Below, in pieces: positions 9,701-20,075 of a DNA stretch of 64,000 nucleotides. The notes beneath the pieces are model-generated. The model ran no database searches. It saw only the letters and a list, made by a program, of their open reading frames with translations, and had not been told where the DNA came from. Made by a program: the position numbers and the translations under genes. The stretch spans positions 992,001 to 1,056,000 of the forward strand of contig CAWEYL010000001.1 of the NCBI GenBank assembly GCA_963813335.1, given 5' to 3'. This DNA comes from an uncultured Chloroflexia bacterium (GTDB lineage: Bacteria > Chloroflexota > Limnocylindria > Limnocylindrales > CSP1-4). Each line of letters opens with the position of its first letter. The stretch's first letter is position 1.

Positions 9701-9989
9701 GGCGCGTGATCACCTCGGTCTTGCCCGTCCCCGCGCCGGCCACGACCAGCAGCGGGCCGTCCTCGTGGGTCACCGCTCGACGCTGGTCGGCGTTCAGGCC
9801 GCCCAGCAGCGCCGCCAACCCTGGCTCGTGCGGGGCGGTGAGGGCCGGGTCCATCACCGGGACGAGGTCGCGCCAGGCGGGAAGCTGGTCGAGCGGGCCG
9901 GGCTCGCGGCGACGACGACGCGGCGCCCGGCTCGGGGTTCTCAAGGTCGAGGGTGGAGGTGGGGTCGGGGTGCTCGCGGAGGGGGCCAT
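6777..9989 (-). CDS. UvrD/SF1 helicase fused to a C-terminal PD-(D/E)XK nuclease with four Cys (AdnB/AddA-like); start may be 9854
   Basis: LNADQ, AGAGTGKT, VDEFQD, GDDDQAIY, NYRS, TVHKAKGLEF, EERRLFYVAMTRA; then CPLKY, GRWDRVD, DYKS, QLQIY and CTYCAFRDIC. Confidence 0.93.
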   Translation of the reverse strand: MAPSASTPTPPPPSTLRTPSRAPRRRRREPGPLDQLPAWRDLVPVMDPALTAPHEPGLAALLGGLNADQRRAVTHEDGPLLVVAGAGTGKTEVITRRIAWLVATRRARPSEVLALTFTDKAAEEMALRVDQLVPYGYTDTAISTFHAFGDSLIRDYALELGLPTDVRVLSRPEVVIFLREHLFEFDLDLYRPLGDPTRFLAALATLFSRCKDEDIAPADYLGFADRVAAEAAALAAAAGPDAVEAASGLEAARRQAELARAYETYQRLLAADGCIDFGDQVALALRLLRGSPAARTAVAGRFRYIVVDEFQDTNRAQAELVGLLAEGHRNVAVVGDDDQAIYAFRGAAIDNILGFRDRYASARTVVLRRNYRSLAPVLDAAYRLVRFNDPDRLEVRAGVSKRLRPERTAPAPAPVRLEAFATSADEVDWIAAEIGRRIAAGAAPRDHAILVRANGHADAQLRALNVAGVPWRFSGTSGLYARPEVRLLLAFLRTVADPGSSVDLYALAASEVYDIDGEDLTDIVTSARRRNRSIRAVLEELLAQPGILRVSAGTRVTVAKLVADLRSYTELSHDRPTGELLYAFLRGSGLLSRLTATDTAAAEEALGNIARFFEIVRHQSALLADDRVAFLVPHLATLIEAGDDPATADLDPDLDAVAVLTVHKAKGLEFPVVFLPGLVAGRFPLNGRGDPLALPAGLGRGGPTTPESALAEERRLFYVAMTRARDELILSHAADYGGARARRISPFVLEALDLPSAAGTPGAGAVAATPAQRLAGFDAAATRPEPPRGRIDEPLSLSFYQIDDYLTCPLKYKYAHVLRVPLAPHHAIVYGAALHRAVQIFHQRHARGEVMSEAELDEVFESAWSNEGFVSRDHEEARLEAGRQALRRFRAAQLEPGAVIPTYVEREFSFSLGGDRVRGRWDRVDVEAVGDGPTVATAPIGGDGAFSADVVSPTLGMLGRERVTITDYKSSDVREPAKARQRARDSLQLQIYAMGYEAMTGRLPDAVALHFLESGLVGRVELDPKRLAKAREKIAEAAAGMRARDYTPKPDYLACTYCAFRDICPASVAR

Positions 9990-10026
9990 GCACGGACCAT
10001 CGCCGAGCGGCGTGACAGCTAGCCTG

Positions 10027-10519
10027 TCAGGCGGTCGCCTGCCGGATCGCCGCCGTCTCCTCGTCCGACAGGTTCGCGTCCGAGCGCCCCGCGGTGATCG
10101 TCTTCGCGTAGATCCGCGTGCCCGTGCGCGCGTGCAGGCTCGACAGGACCCAGCCGTCACCCTTCGCGTCGAGCAGCGCCAGCGCGAAGCTCTGGTTGCC
10201 GCCCGTCTCGTCGAACGGGTTGTAGCGGACCAGCCCGACGCGCTGGAAGGCCTTCGGCAGCGCTGCCTCGAGGACCGCCGTCCGCGCCGCGACGTCGTCG
10301 AGCCCCTTGCCGACCGCGAAGACCTTGTCGAGATGCGCGTCGAGCACGGCCTCGAGGCTCCGGCCCTCCGAGCCCCGGGTCATCCCGGCGAGGCGGGCCT
10401 CGAGTCGAATTCGACCGGCGGAGCAGCACGACGACCAGGATCGCGAGCACGACGACGGCCACGACCAACGCGCCCACGATCAGGCCGATGTTCGGGGTCA
10501 CGAGCGCGTTGAGGTCGAT
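10027..10519 (-). CDS. DUF4446 family protein; +1 frameshift near 10408; probable AUC start
   Basis: N-terminal TM helix (ORF 10157..10501) joins ORF 10027..10383, which carries VGLVRYNPFDETGGNQSFALALLD...SSLHAR...YAK. Confidence 0.85.
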
Positions 10520-10660
10520 CGGGGCGTCCTCCGTGGGGTGGCCCCGGAGTCTAGCAGCCGGGCCGCTGGCGAGGTGATGCTATCCTCTGCCCCGCGGCGG
10601 CCCGCCCACGACCAGCCGGGGCCCGCCCGACCCGACCACGCACGAGGAACCCGTCCGAAC

Positions 10661-11062
10661 ATGGCCAAACGCGTCCGCGGCAGCAGCACCCGTCCGGGTC
10701 AGCGCGCGCCGATCCAGCGGCGACCCAGCACCGCGCCCGCTCCCGTCGCCGCGACCGCCGCCCCACGGCCGGCATCGCTCACCGTCGAGGAGGAGCGCCG
10801 TGCCGCCGAGCTCGAAGCGCAGATCGTCGCCGAGGAGCGTGCCGCCGACGATGCCCGCCGGCGCGGCACCGAGCGGGCCAGGCGTCCAGCGTCCGACGAG
10901 ACCGGGGCCCGCACGACGTCCAGCCTCGCGGTCCGCGCGGCCGAGGAGTACGCCTACGTCGGCCGCGACGTCCGGCGCATCACCCTGATCGGCGGGACGA
11001 TGATCCTGTTCCTCATCGTCCTCGCGATCATCACCCACCTGAGCGGCAGCGGCCCGATCTGA
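10661..11062 (+). CDS. Hypothetical protein with a C-terminal TM helix
   Basis: MAKRVRGSS...[31 protein letters not shown]; GAGGA upstream; typical codon usage. Confidence 0.7.
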   Translation: MAKRVRGSSTRPGQRAPIQRRPSTAPAPVAATAAPRPASLTVEEERRAAELEAQIVAEERAADDARRRGTERARRPASDETGARTTSSLAVRAAEEYAYVGRDVRRITLIGGTMILFLIVLAIITHLSGSGPI

Positions 11063-11098
11063 CCCGGCGCCCCCGACCGGTCGTCGTACCATCGGGGC

Positions 11099-12607
<1,509 letters not shown>

Positions 12608-12611
<4 letters not shown>

Positions 12612-13261
12612 GCGGAGCGTCGTCGGTCCACCGGGACCCGTGGATCGGCGTCGGGCTCGTGGCGGTGCTGGCCTTCGCCGTCCTGGCGGCGCTCGTCCAG
12701 GTGACGGGAGTCTCGGCGTTCGACACCGCCGTCGCATCGCTGGTCCAGGGCCTTCCCGTCCCGCAGGCGTGGTGGCAGGCATGCACCGATCTCGGCGGGC
12801 CGATCCTGTTCCCGATCGGCGCCGGGGCGTGCCTCGGGGCGCTCGTCACCGGCCATGTCCGCCTGGCCCTGATCATCGCGGGCGTGCTCGTCGCAGCGGC
12901 ATCGGCGACCGACATCGTGAAAGACGCGCTCGCCCGGCCGCGGCCACCGGCGGCCGTGCTCGAGCACTTCACCTTCAGCTTCCCGTCGGGCCACACCACC
13001 AACAGCACGACGACCTACGGGCTCCTCGCCCTCGTCGCATGGCGGAGCCGCCGGCCGCGTGCCATCCGCGGGATCGCGGTCGCGCTCGGGATCACGCTGC
13101 CGATCCTGGTCGGGCTCTCCCGGATCGGGCTCGGCGTGCACTTCCCCTCGGACGTGCTGGGGGGCTGGCTCCTTGGCCTCGCCTTCGTCTCGCTCGGCGC
13201 CGTCCTGATCCGTGCGACCGGTGCGATGACGCCCGACCTGCCCCGCGGCCCGACCTCCTGA
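12608..13261 (+). CDS. PAP2 family phosphatase (undecaprenyl-pyrophosphate phosphatase-like)
   Basis: KDALARPRP, SFPSGH and SRIGLGVHFPSDV motifs with TM helices. Confidence 0.92.
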
Positions 13262-13301
13262 GCCGTCGCGCCGCGGCCGGCCCGTCCGTCATCATCGGCT
13301 G

Positions 13302-14693
13302 ATGACCGCCCCCGGACCGACCGATACGGGACCCGTCGCCCGGGCGCGGCGCTGGTTCGAGCGGTTCGTGCCCCGTGGCGCGCTGCTGCTGTCGGCCCTG
13401 AGCCTCGGCTACTTCGCCATCGGCATCGTGCGCAACCGGGTCTTCGCCACCACCTTCGGCGCCGGCGCGGAGCTCGACGCCTACAACGCGGCCTTCCGGA
13501 TCCCCGAGATCGCCCTCGACGTCCTCGTGTCGGCCGGCCTGACGGCCCCGTTCATCCCGATCTTCGCGACCCTGCGCCGCCACGACGAGGGCGCCGCGAA
13601 CGACTTCGGGCGGACGGTGCTGACGGCGGCCGTCGGGGTCATGGCGGTCGCGGTGGTCCTGCTCTTCCTCGCGGCGCCCTGGCTCGCGACCATCATCCTG
13701 CCGGGCTCGGACCAGGCCACGCGCGACCTGTACGTGACCCTGACCCGCATCAACTGCCTGGCGCAGGTCATGTTCGCGGCCTCGATCTGCCTCGGCGAGA
13801 TCCTCGTCGCCGACCGGCGGTTCCTCGCCTACGCGCTCGCACCCATCCTGTACACGAGCGGGATCGTGGTCTTCACGCTCATCTTCGCCGACGCGTACGG
13901 CATCGTGGCCGCCGCCTGGGGCGCGGTCGCCGGCGCCGCGGCCCATCTCGGGATCCGCATGGTCGGGACCCTGCGGACCTCCTTCCGGATCCGGCCGGCC
14001 ACGGCCTTCCGGACCGCGGCGTTCGGTGAGTTCGTCCGCCTGATGATCCCGCGGATGCTGAGCCACCCCATCGAGCCATTGACCTTCACGTTCTTCACGA
14101 TCGTGGCCTCGAGTCTCGCGGTCGGCAGCATCACGTCCGTCAACTTCGCCCTGGACTACCAGGTCGTCCCGGTCAGCCTCATCGGGATCTCGTTCTCGCT
14201 GGCGATCTTCCCGACCCTGTCCACCTCCCACGCCGACGGCGACCGGGCCGGCTTCGCCTCGCTCCTCGGACGGAACCTGCTGGTCATCGGCAGCCTGACC
14301 ACGCTCGCCGCGATCGCGCTGTTCGTCGCCTCCGGCACCCTCGTCCGCGTCCTGCTCGGCGGCGGCGAGTTCGGCCCCGACGATGTGGCGCGGACGTCGG
14401 CGGTCGTGGCCGCGTTCGCCTTGTCGGTCCCGTTCGACGCCCTCGCCTACCCGCTCTCGCGCGGGCTGTACGCGACGCACGACACCGTGCGCCAGGTCGT
14501 CGCGTCGTTCGCCGGGCTGGGCGTCGTCATCGTCGCGACGACGGCGCTGGTCGGGCCGCTCGGGATCCTCGCCATCCCGTTCGGCTACGCCATCGGGATG
14601 GCCGTCAAGGACGTGCTGCTGGCGTCCTTCCTGGTCGGGCGGGTCCGCGGGATCGGGCGCGCGGCGGCGCCGGCCGTGGCGCCGCCGGCCTAG
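13302..14693 (+). CDS. murJ: Lipid II flippase MurJ/MviN family
   Basis: FGAGAELDAYNAAFRIP, FIPIF, AIFPTLS and LYATHDT motifs; many TM helices. Confidence 0.9.
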   Translation: MTAPGPTDTGPVARARRWFERFVPRGALLLSALSLGYFAIGIVRNRVFATTFGAGAELDAYNAAFRIPEIALDVLVSAGLTAPFIPIFATLRRHDEGAANDFGRTVLTAAVGVMAVAVVLLFLAAPWLATIILPGSDQATRDLYVTLTRINCLAQVMFAASICLGEILVADRRFLAYALAPILYTSGIVVFTLIFADAYGIVAAAWGAVAGAAAHLGIRMVGTLRTSFRIRPATAFRTAAFGEFVRLMIPRMLSHPIEPLTFTFFTIVASSLAVGSITSVNFALDYQVVPVSLIGISFSLAIFPTLSTSHADGDRAGFASLLGRNLLVIGSLTTLAAIALFVASGTLVRVLLGGGEFGPDDVARTSAVVAAFALSVPFDALAYPLSRGLYATHDTVRQVVASFAGLGVVIVATTALVGPLGILAIPFGYAIGMAVKDVLLASFLVGRVRGIGRAAAPAVAPPA

Positions 14694-15640
14694 GGCGCGG
14701 GCTTCGTCGGGACGACCGAGATGAAGAGGCCGTCGCGGTCGGGATAGCGCCCCTCGGGCCGCTTCCACGGTAGGTAGTTCCGCTCCATCTCGCTGGCGTT
14801 CTGGAACGTGCCGGGCGGGTCGGAGCGGCCCCAGATGCTCGAGATCCGCGGATACCACGGGTCGAGGATGTAGGCGCCGGACACCTTCGCGTTGTTGAAG
14901 AGGACGGGGTCGGCGTCCGCGCGGTAGCCGGTCATCACCCAGGTGTGGGCACCCTTCCACGCCAGCAGGATCACCGGCGAGTGGGTGGTCTTGATCGCGC
15001 GTGCGGCGTCGCGAAGGGCGAGGGCGCGCGACTTGTAGGCGCGCACTTCGTAGCCCGGCGCGCCGTAGGCGTCGAGGGCGAGGGCCATGGCCGACGGGCC
15101 CCAGTCGCCGTTGTGGCTGTCCGGCCGGCTCTCCCACTCGTGGACGCGGCTCTGCAGCTTGGCCTGGAACTTGTCCGACGTATCGGCCAGCCCGAGGACG
15201 GCGAGCGCCATCTGCACGCCCGATGGCGAGCACCACGTGTCCTTGACCTCCGAGGCGAAGACGGCCTTGGGGTGGTCTTCGATGTCGTAGTCCACCGCCT
15301 TGCGGACCGGCTTCGGCGTGGGGGTCGGGGTGGGCACTGGCGTCGGGGCGGGCGTCGAGCCGGGAGCCAGCGGACCGCTCGGGGACGGGACGGGGGTCGG
15401 GGTCGGTTCGGCGGTCGGTTCGGCGGTCTCCGGCGGCTCGGTCACCAGGACGGTCGTGGCGCCGCGGTCCGGCGGCGGACCGCTCACGAACCGGTCGATC
15501 TTCGCCAGCAGCCGGTCGAACCTGTCACCCGCGCCGAACGCGTTGACCGCCACCGCGCTGGCCCCGACGGCCATCGTGAGCAGGACCACGATCGCCGCGC
15601 CGGTGATCGCCTGGGTGCGGCGAGGGGGTCGACTGAACAT
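14690..15640 (-). CDS. Exported protein with a Pro/Thr linker and a papain-like (C39-like) Cys-His-Asp domain
   Basis: N-terminal hydrophobic anchor, PTPTP linker, then TWCSPSGVQMAL...AHTWVMTGY...YILDPW. Confidence 0.65.
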   Translation of the reverse strand: MFSRPPRRTQAITGAAIVVLLTMAVGASAVAVNAFGAGDRFDRLLAKIDRFVSGPPPDRGATTVLVTEPPETAEPTAEPTPTPVPSPSGPLAPGSTPAPTPVPTPTPTPKPVRKAVDYDIEDHPKAVFASEVKDTWCSPSGVQMALAVLGLADTSDKFQAKLQSRVHEWESRPDSHNGDWGPSAMALALDAYGAPGYEVRAYKSRALALRDAARAIKTTHSPVILLAWKGAHTWVMTGYRADADPVLFNNAKVSGAYILDPWYPRISSIWGRSDPPGTFQNASEMERNYLPWKRPEGRYPDRDGLFISVVPTKPAP

Positions 15641-15712
15641 ACGAAACGAGGTTCCTCCGGGGGCCACTGTACGGCGGAACGACGACGGAGCCCCTCGACG
15701 TGCGACGCCCGC

Positions 15713-16126
15713 TCAGGGTTCCAGGTCGAACGCCCGCACGTGGCGCGGTCGGAAGACCGCGACCGGCCGCCGGTCGAACGTGGCGATGCGGCGCACCCCG
15801 AGACGCTCGGCCGCCGCGACCAGCAGCGCGTCGGCGAGTCTCGGCCGATGCTCGGCCGCCGCCTCGAGGTGCTCGGCGGCCCGGGCGAGGTCGGCGGCCG
15901 TCGGCGAGACGAGCCGGACCCCGCCGCCCGAGATCGACCGCAGCAGCGCCAGCGTCGCCGGGAGGCCCAGCTCGCGCTGGAGGAGGACATCCAGCTCGGC
16001 GAGCGTCAAGGCCGCGAGCAGCAGGGGCTCGTCCGCCCGGGCGAACCAGGCCATCGCGGCGCCGTGGTTGAGGTCGGCCGTGTCGGCGGCCGCCAGGACC
16101 GCGGACGAGTCGAGCAGGATCGCCAT
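15713..16126 (-). CDS. vapC: PIN-domain toxin, VapC family
   Basis: ILLDSSAV...LAELD...LADALLVAAAE...IATFDRR acidic PIN residues. Confidence 0.88.
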   Translation of the reverse strand: MAILLDSSAVLAAADTADLNHGAAMAWFARADEPLLLAALTLAELDVLLQRELGLPATLALLRSISGGGVRLVSPTAADLARAAEHLEAAAEHRPRLADALLVAAAERLGVRRIATFDRRPVAVFRPRHVRAFDLEP

Positions 16127-16141
16127 CGGCGGCGCGGCGCC

Positions 16142-16393
16142 CTAGCGCGACGCGGCGGGTCGGCGGCTCGCCTCGCGGCGGGTGATCGAGCGCCCGTCGA
16201 GCGAGAGCCGGCCGTGCCCGCTCCGGCCGACCGCCAGGAACGGCAGGTCCGGCGCGGCTTCGTGGGTGGCGAGGTACGCCTCAAGGGCGGCAGCGATGAT
16301 CGCCGTCCGCGTGGTCCGCTGCCGGTCCGCGAGCCGCGCCACGCGGTCGAGCAGGTCAGGGTCGGCAAGGATGGTCGTCCGGGTCGTGGTCAT
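16142..16393 (-). CDS. Ribbon-helix-helix antitoxin (VapB/CopG-like)
   Basis: MTTTRTTILADPDLLDRVARLA...TRTAIIAAALEAYL, directly upstream of the PIN gene. Confidence 0.8.
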   Translation of the reverse strand: MTTTRTTILADPDLLDRVARLADRQRTTRTAIIAAALEAYLATHEAAPDLPFLAVGRSGHGRLSLDGRSITRREASRRPAASR

Positions 16394-16432
16394 ATGCCGA
16401 CATATATGCCACGGTGGCGAGCCGCCGTCAAC
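16392..16432 (-). promoter_or_regulatory. Putative toxin-antitoxin promoter/operator
   Basis: TTGACG, then near-palindrome GGCATATATGTC and a repeated GGCATAT abutting the antitoxin ATG; an AT-rich island in GC-rich DNA. Confidence 0.55.
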
Positions 16433-16496
16433 CCATGGGACCATCCGGCCTGCAGACCCCACCCCTTCCCCTGACCGTCAGCCTCGGAGGCCCGCC

Positions 16497-17681
16497 GTGG
16501 ACCGCTTCGAACCCAACCTACGGATCCCGGGCCCGACGGCCCTCCCGCCGAGCGTCCGGACGGCCGGTGGCCGCCAGATGATCAACCACCGCGGCCCCGA
16601 GTTCGCGGCGATGCTGGAGCGGATCCTGACCGGCATGCGGCCGTTCTTCGGGACCAGCGCCGACGTCGCGATGATCACGACCGCCGGCTCTGGCGGCCTC
16701 GAGGCGGCGGTCGTCAACACGATGTCGCCGGGCGACAGGGTCCTGGGCGTGTCGATCGGCTCCTTCGGCGACCGGTTCGCGAAGATCGCGGGCATCTACG
16801 GGGCGGACGTGACCAAGCTCGACGCCGAGTGGGGCTATGCCGCCGCCGCCGACGAGGTCCGCGAGACGCTCCGGGCGACGCCCGGCGTCAAGGCCGTGCT
16901 GCTCACCCACAACGAGACCTCGACCGGGGTCATGAACCCGATCGCCGAGCTGGCCGCGGCGGTCCATGCCGAGGCCCCCGACGCGCTGATCCTCGTCGAT
17001 AGCGTCAGCGGCCTGGGCGCCGTCCCGTTCGAGATGGACGCGTGGGGCGTCGACGTCGTCGTCACCGGCTCGCAGAAGGCCTGGATGGCGGCCCCCGGGC
17101 TGGCCATGATCGCGGCGTCGCCGCGGGCCTGGGCCGCGATGGAGCACGCGACGATGCCGCGCTTCTACCTCGACCTGCGATCGCACCGCGACGCGGCCGC
17201 GAACGGGCAGACACCGTTCACCCCGGCGATCGCCGTCGTGTACCAGGTCGACGAGGGCCTGCGGCTGATGAACGAGGAAGGCAAGGACGCCATCTTCGCC
17301 CGTCACGAGGCCTGCGCCGCGGCGGCCCGGGCCGGGCTCCGCGCCCTCGGCTTCAAGCTCTTCGCGGACCCGGCCGTCGCGTCGAAGACGGTCACCGCGG
17401 CGTGGGTCCCCGACGACCTCGACTGGAAGGCCTTCAACGGCGAGGTCAAGCGCCGCGGGGTCGTCCTCGCGGGCGGCCAGGGCAAGCTGACCGGCAAGAT
17501 CTTCCGCCTGGGCCACCTCGGCTCGGTGACGATCGAGGAGATCCTCGGCGCGATCAGCACGCTCGAGTTCGTCTCACTCGGAAGCGGCCGGCCGGTGACC
17601 CCGGGCGCGGCCGTCGCGGCGGCCCAGGTGGCCGCCCTCGAGGCCTACGGGATCGCCCTCCCGGCCGTGGCGCACGCGTGA
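16497..17681 (+). CDS. Class V PLP aminotransferase (serine-pyruvate/alanine-glyoxylate type; probable phosphoserine aminotransferase)
   Basis: IPGPT, HRGPEF, HNETSTGV, VDSVS and GSQKAW (PLP lysine) motifs; coupled to serA. Confidence 0.9.
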   Translation: MDRFEPNLRIPGPTALPPSVRTAGGRQMINHRGPEFAAMLERILTGMRPFFGTSADVAMITTAGSGGLEAAVVNTMSPGDRVLGVSIGSFGDRFAKIAGIYGADVTKLDAEWGYAAAADEVRETLRATPGVKAVLLTHNETSTGVMNPIAELAAAVHAEAPDALILVDSVSGLGAVPFEMDAWGVDVVVTGSQKAWMAAPGLAMIAASPRAWAAMEHATMPRFYLDLRSHRDAAANGQTPFTPAIAVVYQVDEGLRLMNEEGKDAIFARHEACAAAARAGLRALGFKLFADPAVASKTVTAAWVPDDLDWKAFNGEVKRRGVVLAGGQGKLTGKIFRLGHLGSVTIEEILGAISTLEFVSLGSGRPVTPGAAVAAAQVAALEAYGIALPAVAHA

Positions 17682-19261
17682 AGGTCCTCGTCGCCGAACC
17701 CCTCGCACATGAAGGCGTCGAGCTCCTGCGGGACCACCACGAGGTCGATGAGCGGATCGGGCTGTCCCGCGACGAGCTGTGCGCGCTCATCCCCGAGTAC
17801 GACGCGCTCATCGTCAGGAGCCAGGTCCAGGTCGACGCCGGGCTGATCGCCGCGGGCACCCGGCTCGTGGTCATCGGACGGGCCGGGGTCGGGGTCGACA
17901 ACGTCGACCTCGATGCCGCGACCCGGGCGGGCATCACCGTCGTCAACGCCCCGACCGGGAACACCATCGCCGCCGCCGAGCACACCCTCGCGCTGATGTA
18001 CGGCGTGGCCCGCAGGACCGCGGCGGCTGACGCGTCGATGCGGCGCGGCGAATGGAAGCGCTCGCAATTCACCGGGCTCGAGCTGCGCGGGCGGACGCTC
18101 GGGATCGTCGGGCTCGGCAAGATCGGCCAGGCGATCGCCTTGCGCGCCAGGGCGATGGAGATGACGGTCATCGGGGTCGACCCGTACGTGACGGCCGAGC
18201 AGGCCGCCAACCATGGCGTCGAGCTGGTCGAGATGGACGAGCTGCTCAAGCGCGCCGACGTCGTCACGGTCCACGTCCCGCTGACCCGCTCCACGCGCGG
18301 GTTGATCGGCAAGGACGCCATCGCCAGGATGAAGCCCGGCTCGATCGTCCTGAATGTCGCCCGGGGCGGCGTCCTCGACGAGGCCGCGGTCGCCGAGGCG
18401 CTGACGTCGGGCCACCTCGGTGGTGCCGGCATCGACGTCTTCGAGCACGAGCCGCCGACCGGCTCGCCGCTGCTCGAGGCCCCCAACACCCTGCTGACCC
18501 CGCACCTGGGTGCCTCCACGGCCGAGGCCCAGATCCTCGTCGCCGAGGAGGTCGCCTCGCAGGTCCTCGACGTCCTCGACGGGCGGAGCGCGCGGTACGC
18601 GGTCAATGCCCCGCTGCTCACCCCGGAGACGGCGCAGGCCATCGCACCGTATCTGCCGCTCGCCGAGGTCCTCGGCCGGTTCTTCGCCCAGTTCTCGCGG
18701 GGCGGCGTCAAGACGCTCACCCTCGAGATCGCCGGCGAGCTGGCCGCCTTCGACGCCACGCCGCTGACCGCGGCCGTCCTGCGCGGGCTCCTCGAGGCGG
18801 TGACGACCGAGCGCGTCAACCTGGTCAACGCCGGCGCGCTGGCCAAGGCCCGCGGGATCACCGTCGTCGAGCGCAAGACCCCCGACGCCGGCGCCTTCTC
18901 GGCCCAGCTGACGCTCTCCACGGAGGTCCGCGGTCGCGCCACCACGGTGTCGGGCACCGTCGAGGGCGGCGAGCCGCGGATCACCCGCCTGGACGACTAC
19001 CGCCTGGACATGGCGCCGGCCGAGGTCATGTTGATCACGCGGCACATGGACCGCCCGGGCATGGTCGGGCGGATCGGGGCGATGCTCGGCGAGGCCGACG
19101 TCAACATCAGCGCGATGCACCTGGCGCGCACGCGCCCGCGCGAGGACGCGCTGATGATCCTGGCCCTCGACGACGCGGTCCCCGACAGCGTGGCCGACGC
19201 GATCCGCACCCACGAGAGCGTCACCGACCTCTGGACGATCAGGCTGGGCGGCGAGCGCTGA
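17678..19261 (+). CDS. serA: D-3-phosphoglycerate dehydrogenase with ASB and ACT domains
   Basis: GRAGVGVDNVD, AAAEH, GLGKIG, NVARGG, TPHLGAST and DRPGMVG motifs; GTGA overlap with the upstream gene. Confidence 0.96.
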   Translation: MKVLVAEPLAHEGVELLRDHHEVDERIGLSRDELCALIPEYDALIVRSQVQVDAGLIAAGTRLVVIGRAGVGVDNVDLDAATRAGITVVNAPTGNTIAAAEHTLALMYGVARRTAAADASMRRGEWKRSQFTGLELRGRTLGIVGLGKIGQAIALRARAMEMTVIGVDPYVTAEQAANHGVELVEMDELLKRADVVTVHVPLTRSTRGLIGKDAIARMKPGSIVLNVARGGVLDEAAVAEALTSGHLGGAGIDVFEHEPPTGSPLLEAPNTLLTPHLGASTAEAQILVAEEVASQVLDVLDGRSARYAVNAPLLTPETAQAIAPYLPLAEVLGRFFAQFSRGGVKTLTLEIAGELAAFDATPLTAAVLRGLLEAVTTERVNLVNAGALAKARGITVVERKTPDAGAFSAQLTLSTEVRGRATTVSGTVEGGEPRITRLDDYRLDMAPAEVMLITRHMDRPGMVGRIGAMLGEADVNISAMHLARTRPREDALMILALDDAVPDSVADAIRTHESVTDLWTIRLGGER

Positions 19262-19269
19262 GCGAGCCG

Positions 19270-20049
19270 ATGATCCCCGACGGCCTGGACGCCACGCTCG
19301 TCCTCGTCCGCCACGGCGAGAGCCGCTTCATCGTCGAGGGCCGGTTCCAGGGCCAGGCCGACTCGCCGCTCTCGGCCCGCGGCCGCGAGCAGGCCGCCCG
19401 GGTGGCCGGCCGGCTGGCGGACCCGAGCGCCTCCCCCGCCCTGCCCCTCCCTGCCGGACTGCCCGAGGAGATCGTCCACTCGCCGCTCGGGCGCGCGGCC
19501 GAGACGGCCGTCGCGATCGGTACGGCGCAGCGTGGGGCGGTGGCGCTCCGCCCGGACCCGGCCTTCAGCGAGATCGGCCAGGGCGAGTGGGAAGGCCTGC
19601 ACCGCGACGAGATCCAGGCGCGGTACGGGGCCGAGCTGGCTGCCTGGCGACGCCGCCCCACGGAAGCGTGGGCGCCCGGCGGCGAGGCGCTCCCCGACGT
19701 GGCCGCCCGGGTCCGCGACGGCCTGCGGACGACCCTCGGACGGCTCGCCGAAGACCGGCCGGCCGGCACGCTCGACCGCTCCCACGTGGCCGGCTACGGC
19801 GATGTCCACGACGGGCCGTGGTCGGTGGTCGTCGGCCACGATGGGGTCTTCAAGGTCCTGATGTTGACGCTGTTCGACCTCCCGCTCGAACGATTCTGGA
19901 TGTGGTCGTTCGAGCTGTGCGGCATCACGGTCGTCGAGCTGCGGGCCGGTCGACCGGTGCTGCGGGCCCACAACCTGGGCTCGGGCGGGGCCGTCGACGC
20001 CGCGACCCACCGCGAAGCCGAGGAACGCGAGGCGAGCGGCGCGCTCTGA
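19270..20049 (+). CDS. Histidine phosphatase (probable dPGM-like phosphoserine phosphatase)
   Basis: LVRHGE, HSPLGRA, EIGQGEWEG and VGHDG motifs; third gene of the serine operon. Confidence 0.85.
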   Translation: MIPDGLDATLVLVRHGESRFIVEGRFQGQADSPLSARGREQAARVAGRLADPSASPALPLPAGLPEEIVHSPLGRAAETAVAIGTAQRGAVALRPDPAFSEIGQGEWEGLHRDEIQARYGAELAAWRRRPTEAWAPGGEALPDVAARVRDGLRTTLGRLAEDRPAGTLDRSHVAGYGDVHDGPWSVVVGHDGVFKVLMLTLFDLPLERFWMWSFELCGITVVELRAGRPVLRAHNLGSGGAVDAATHREAEEREASGAL

Positions 20050-20075
20050 GTCGCTGACCGACCGACCGCCGTGCC

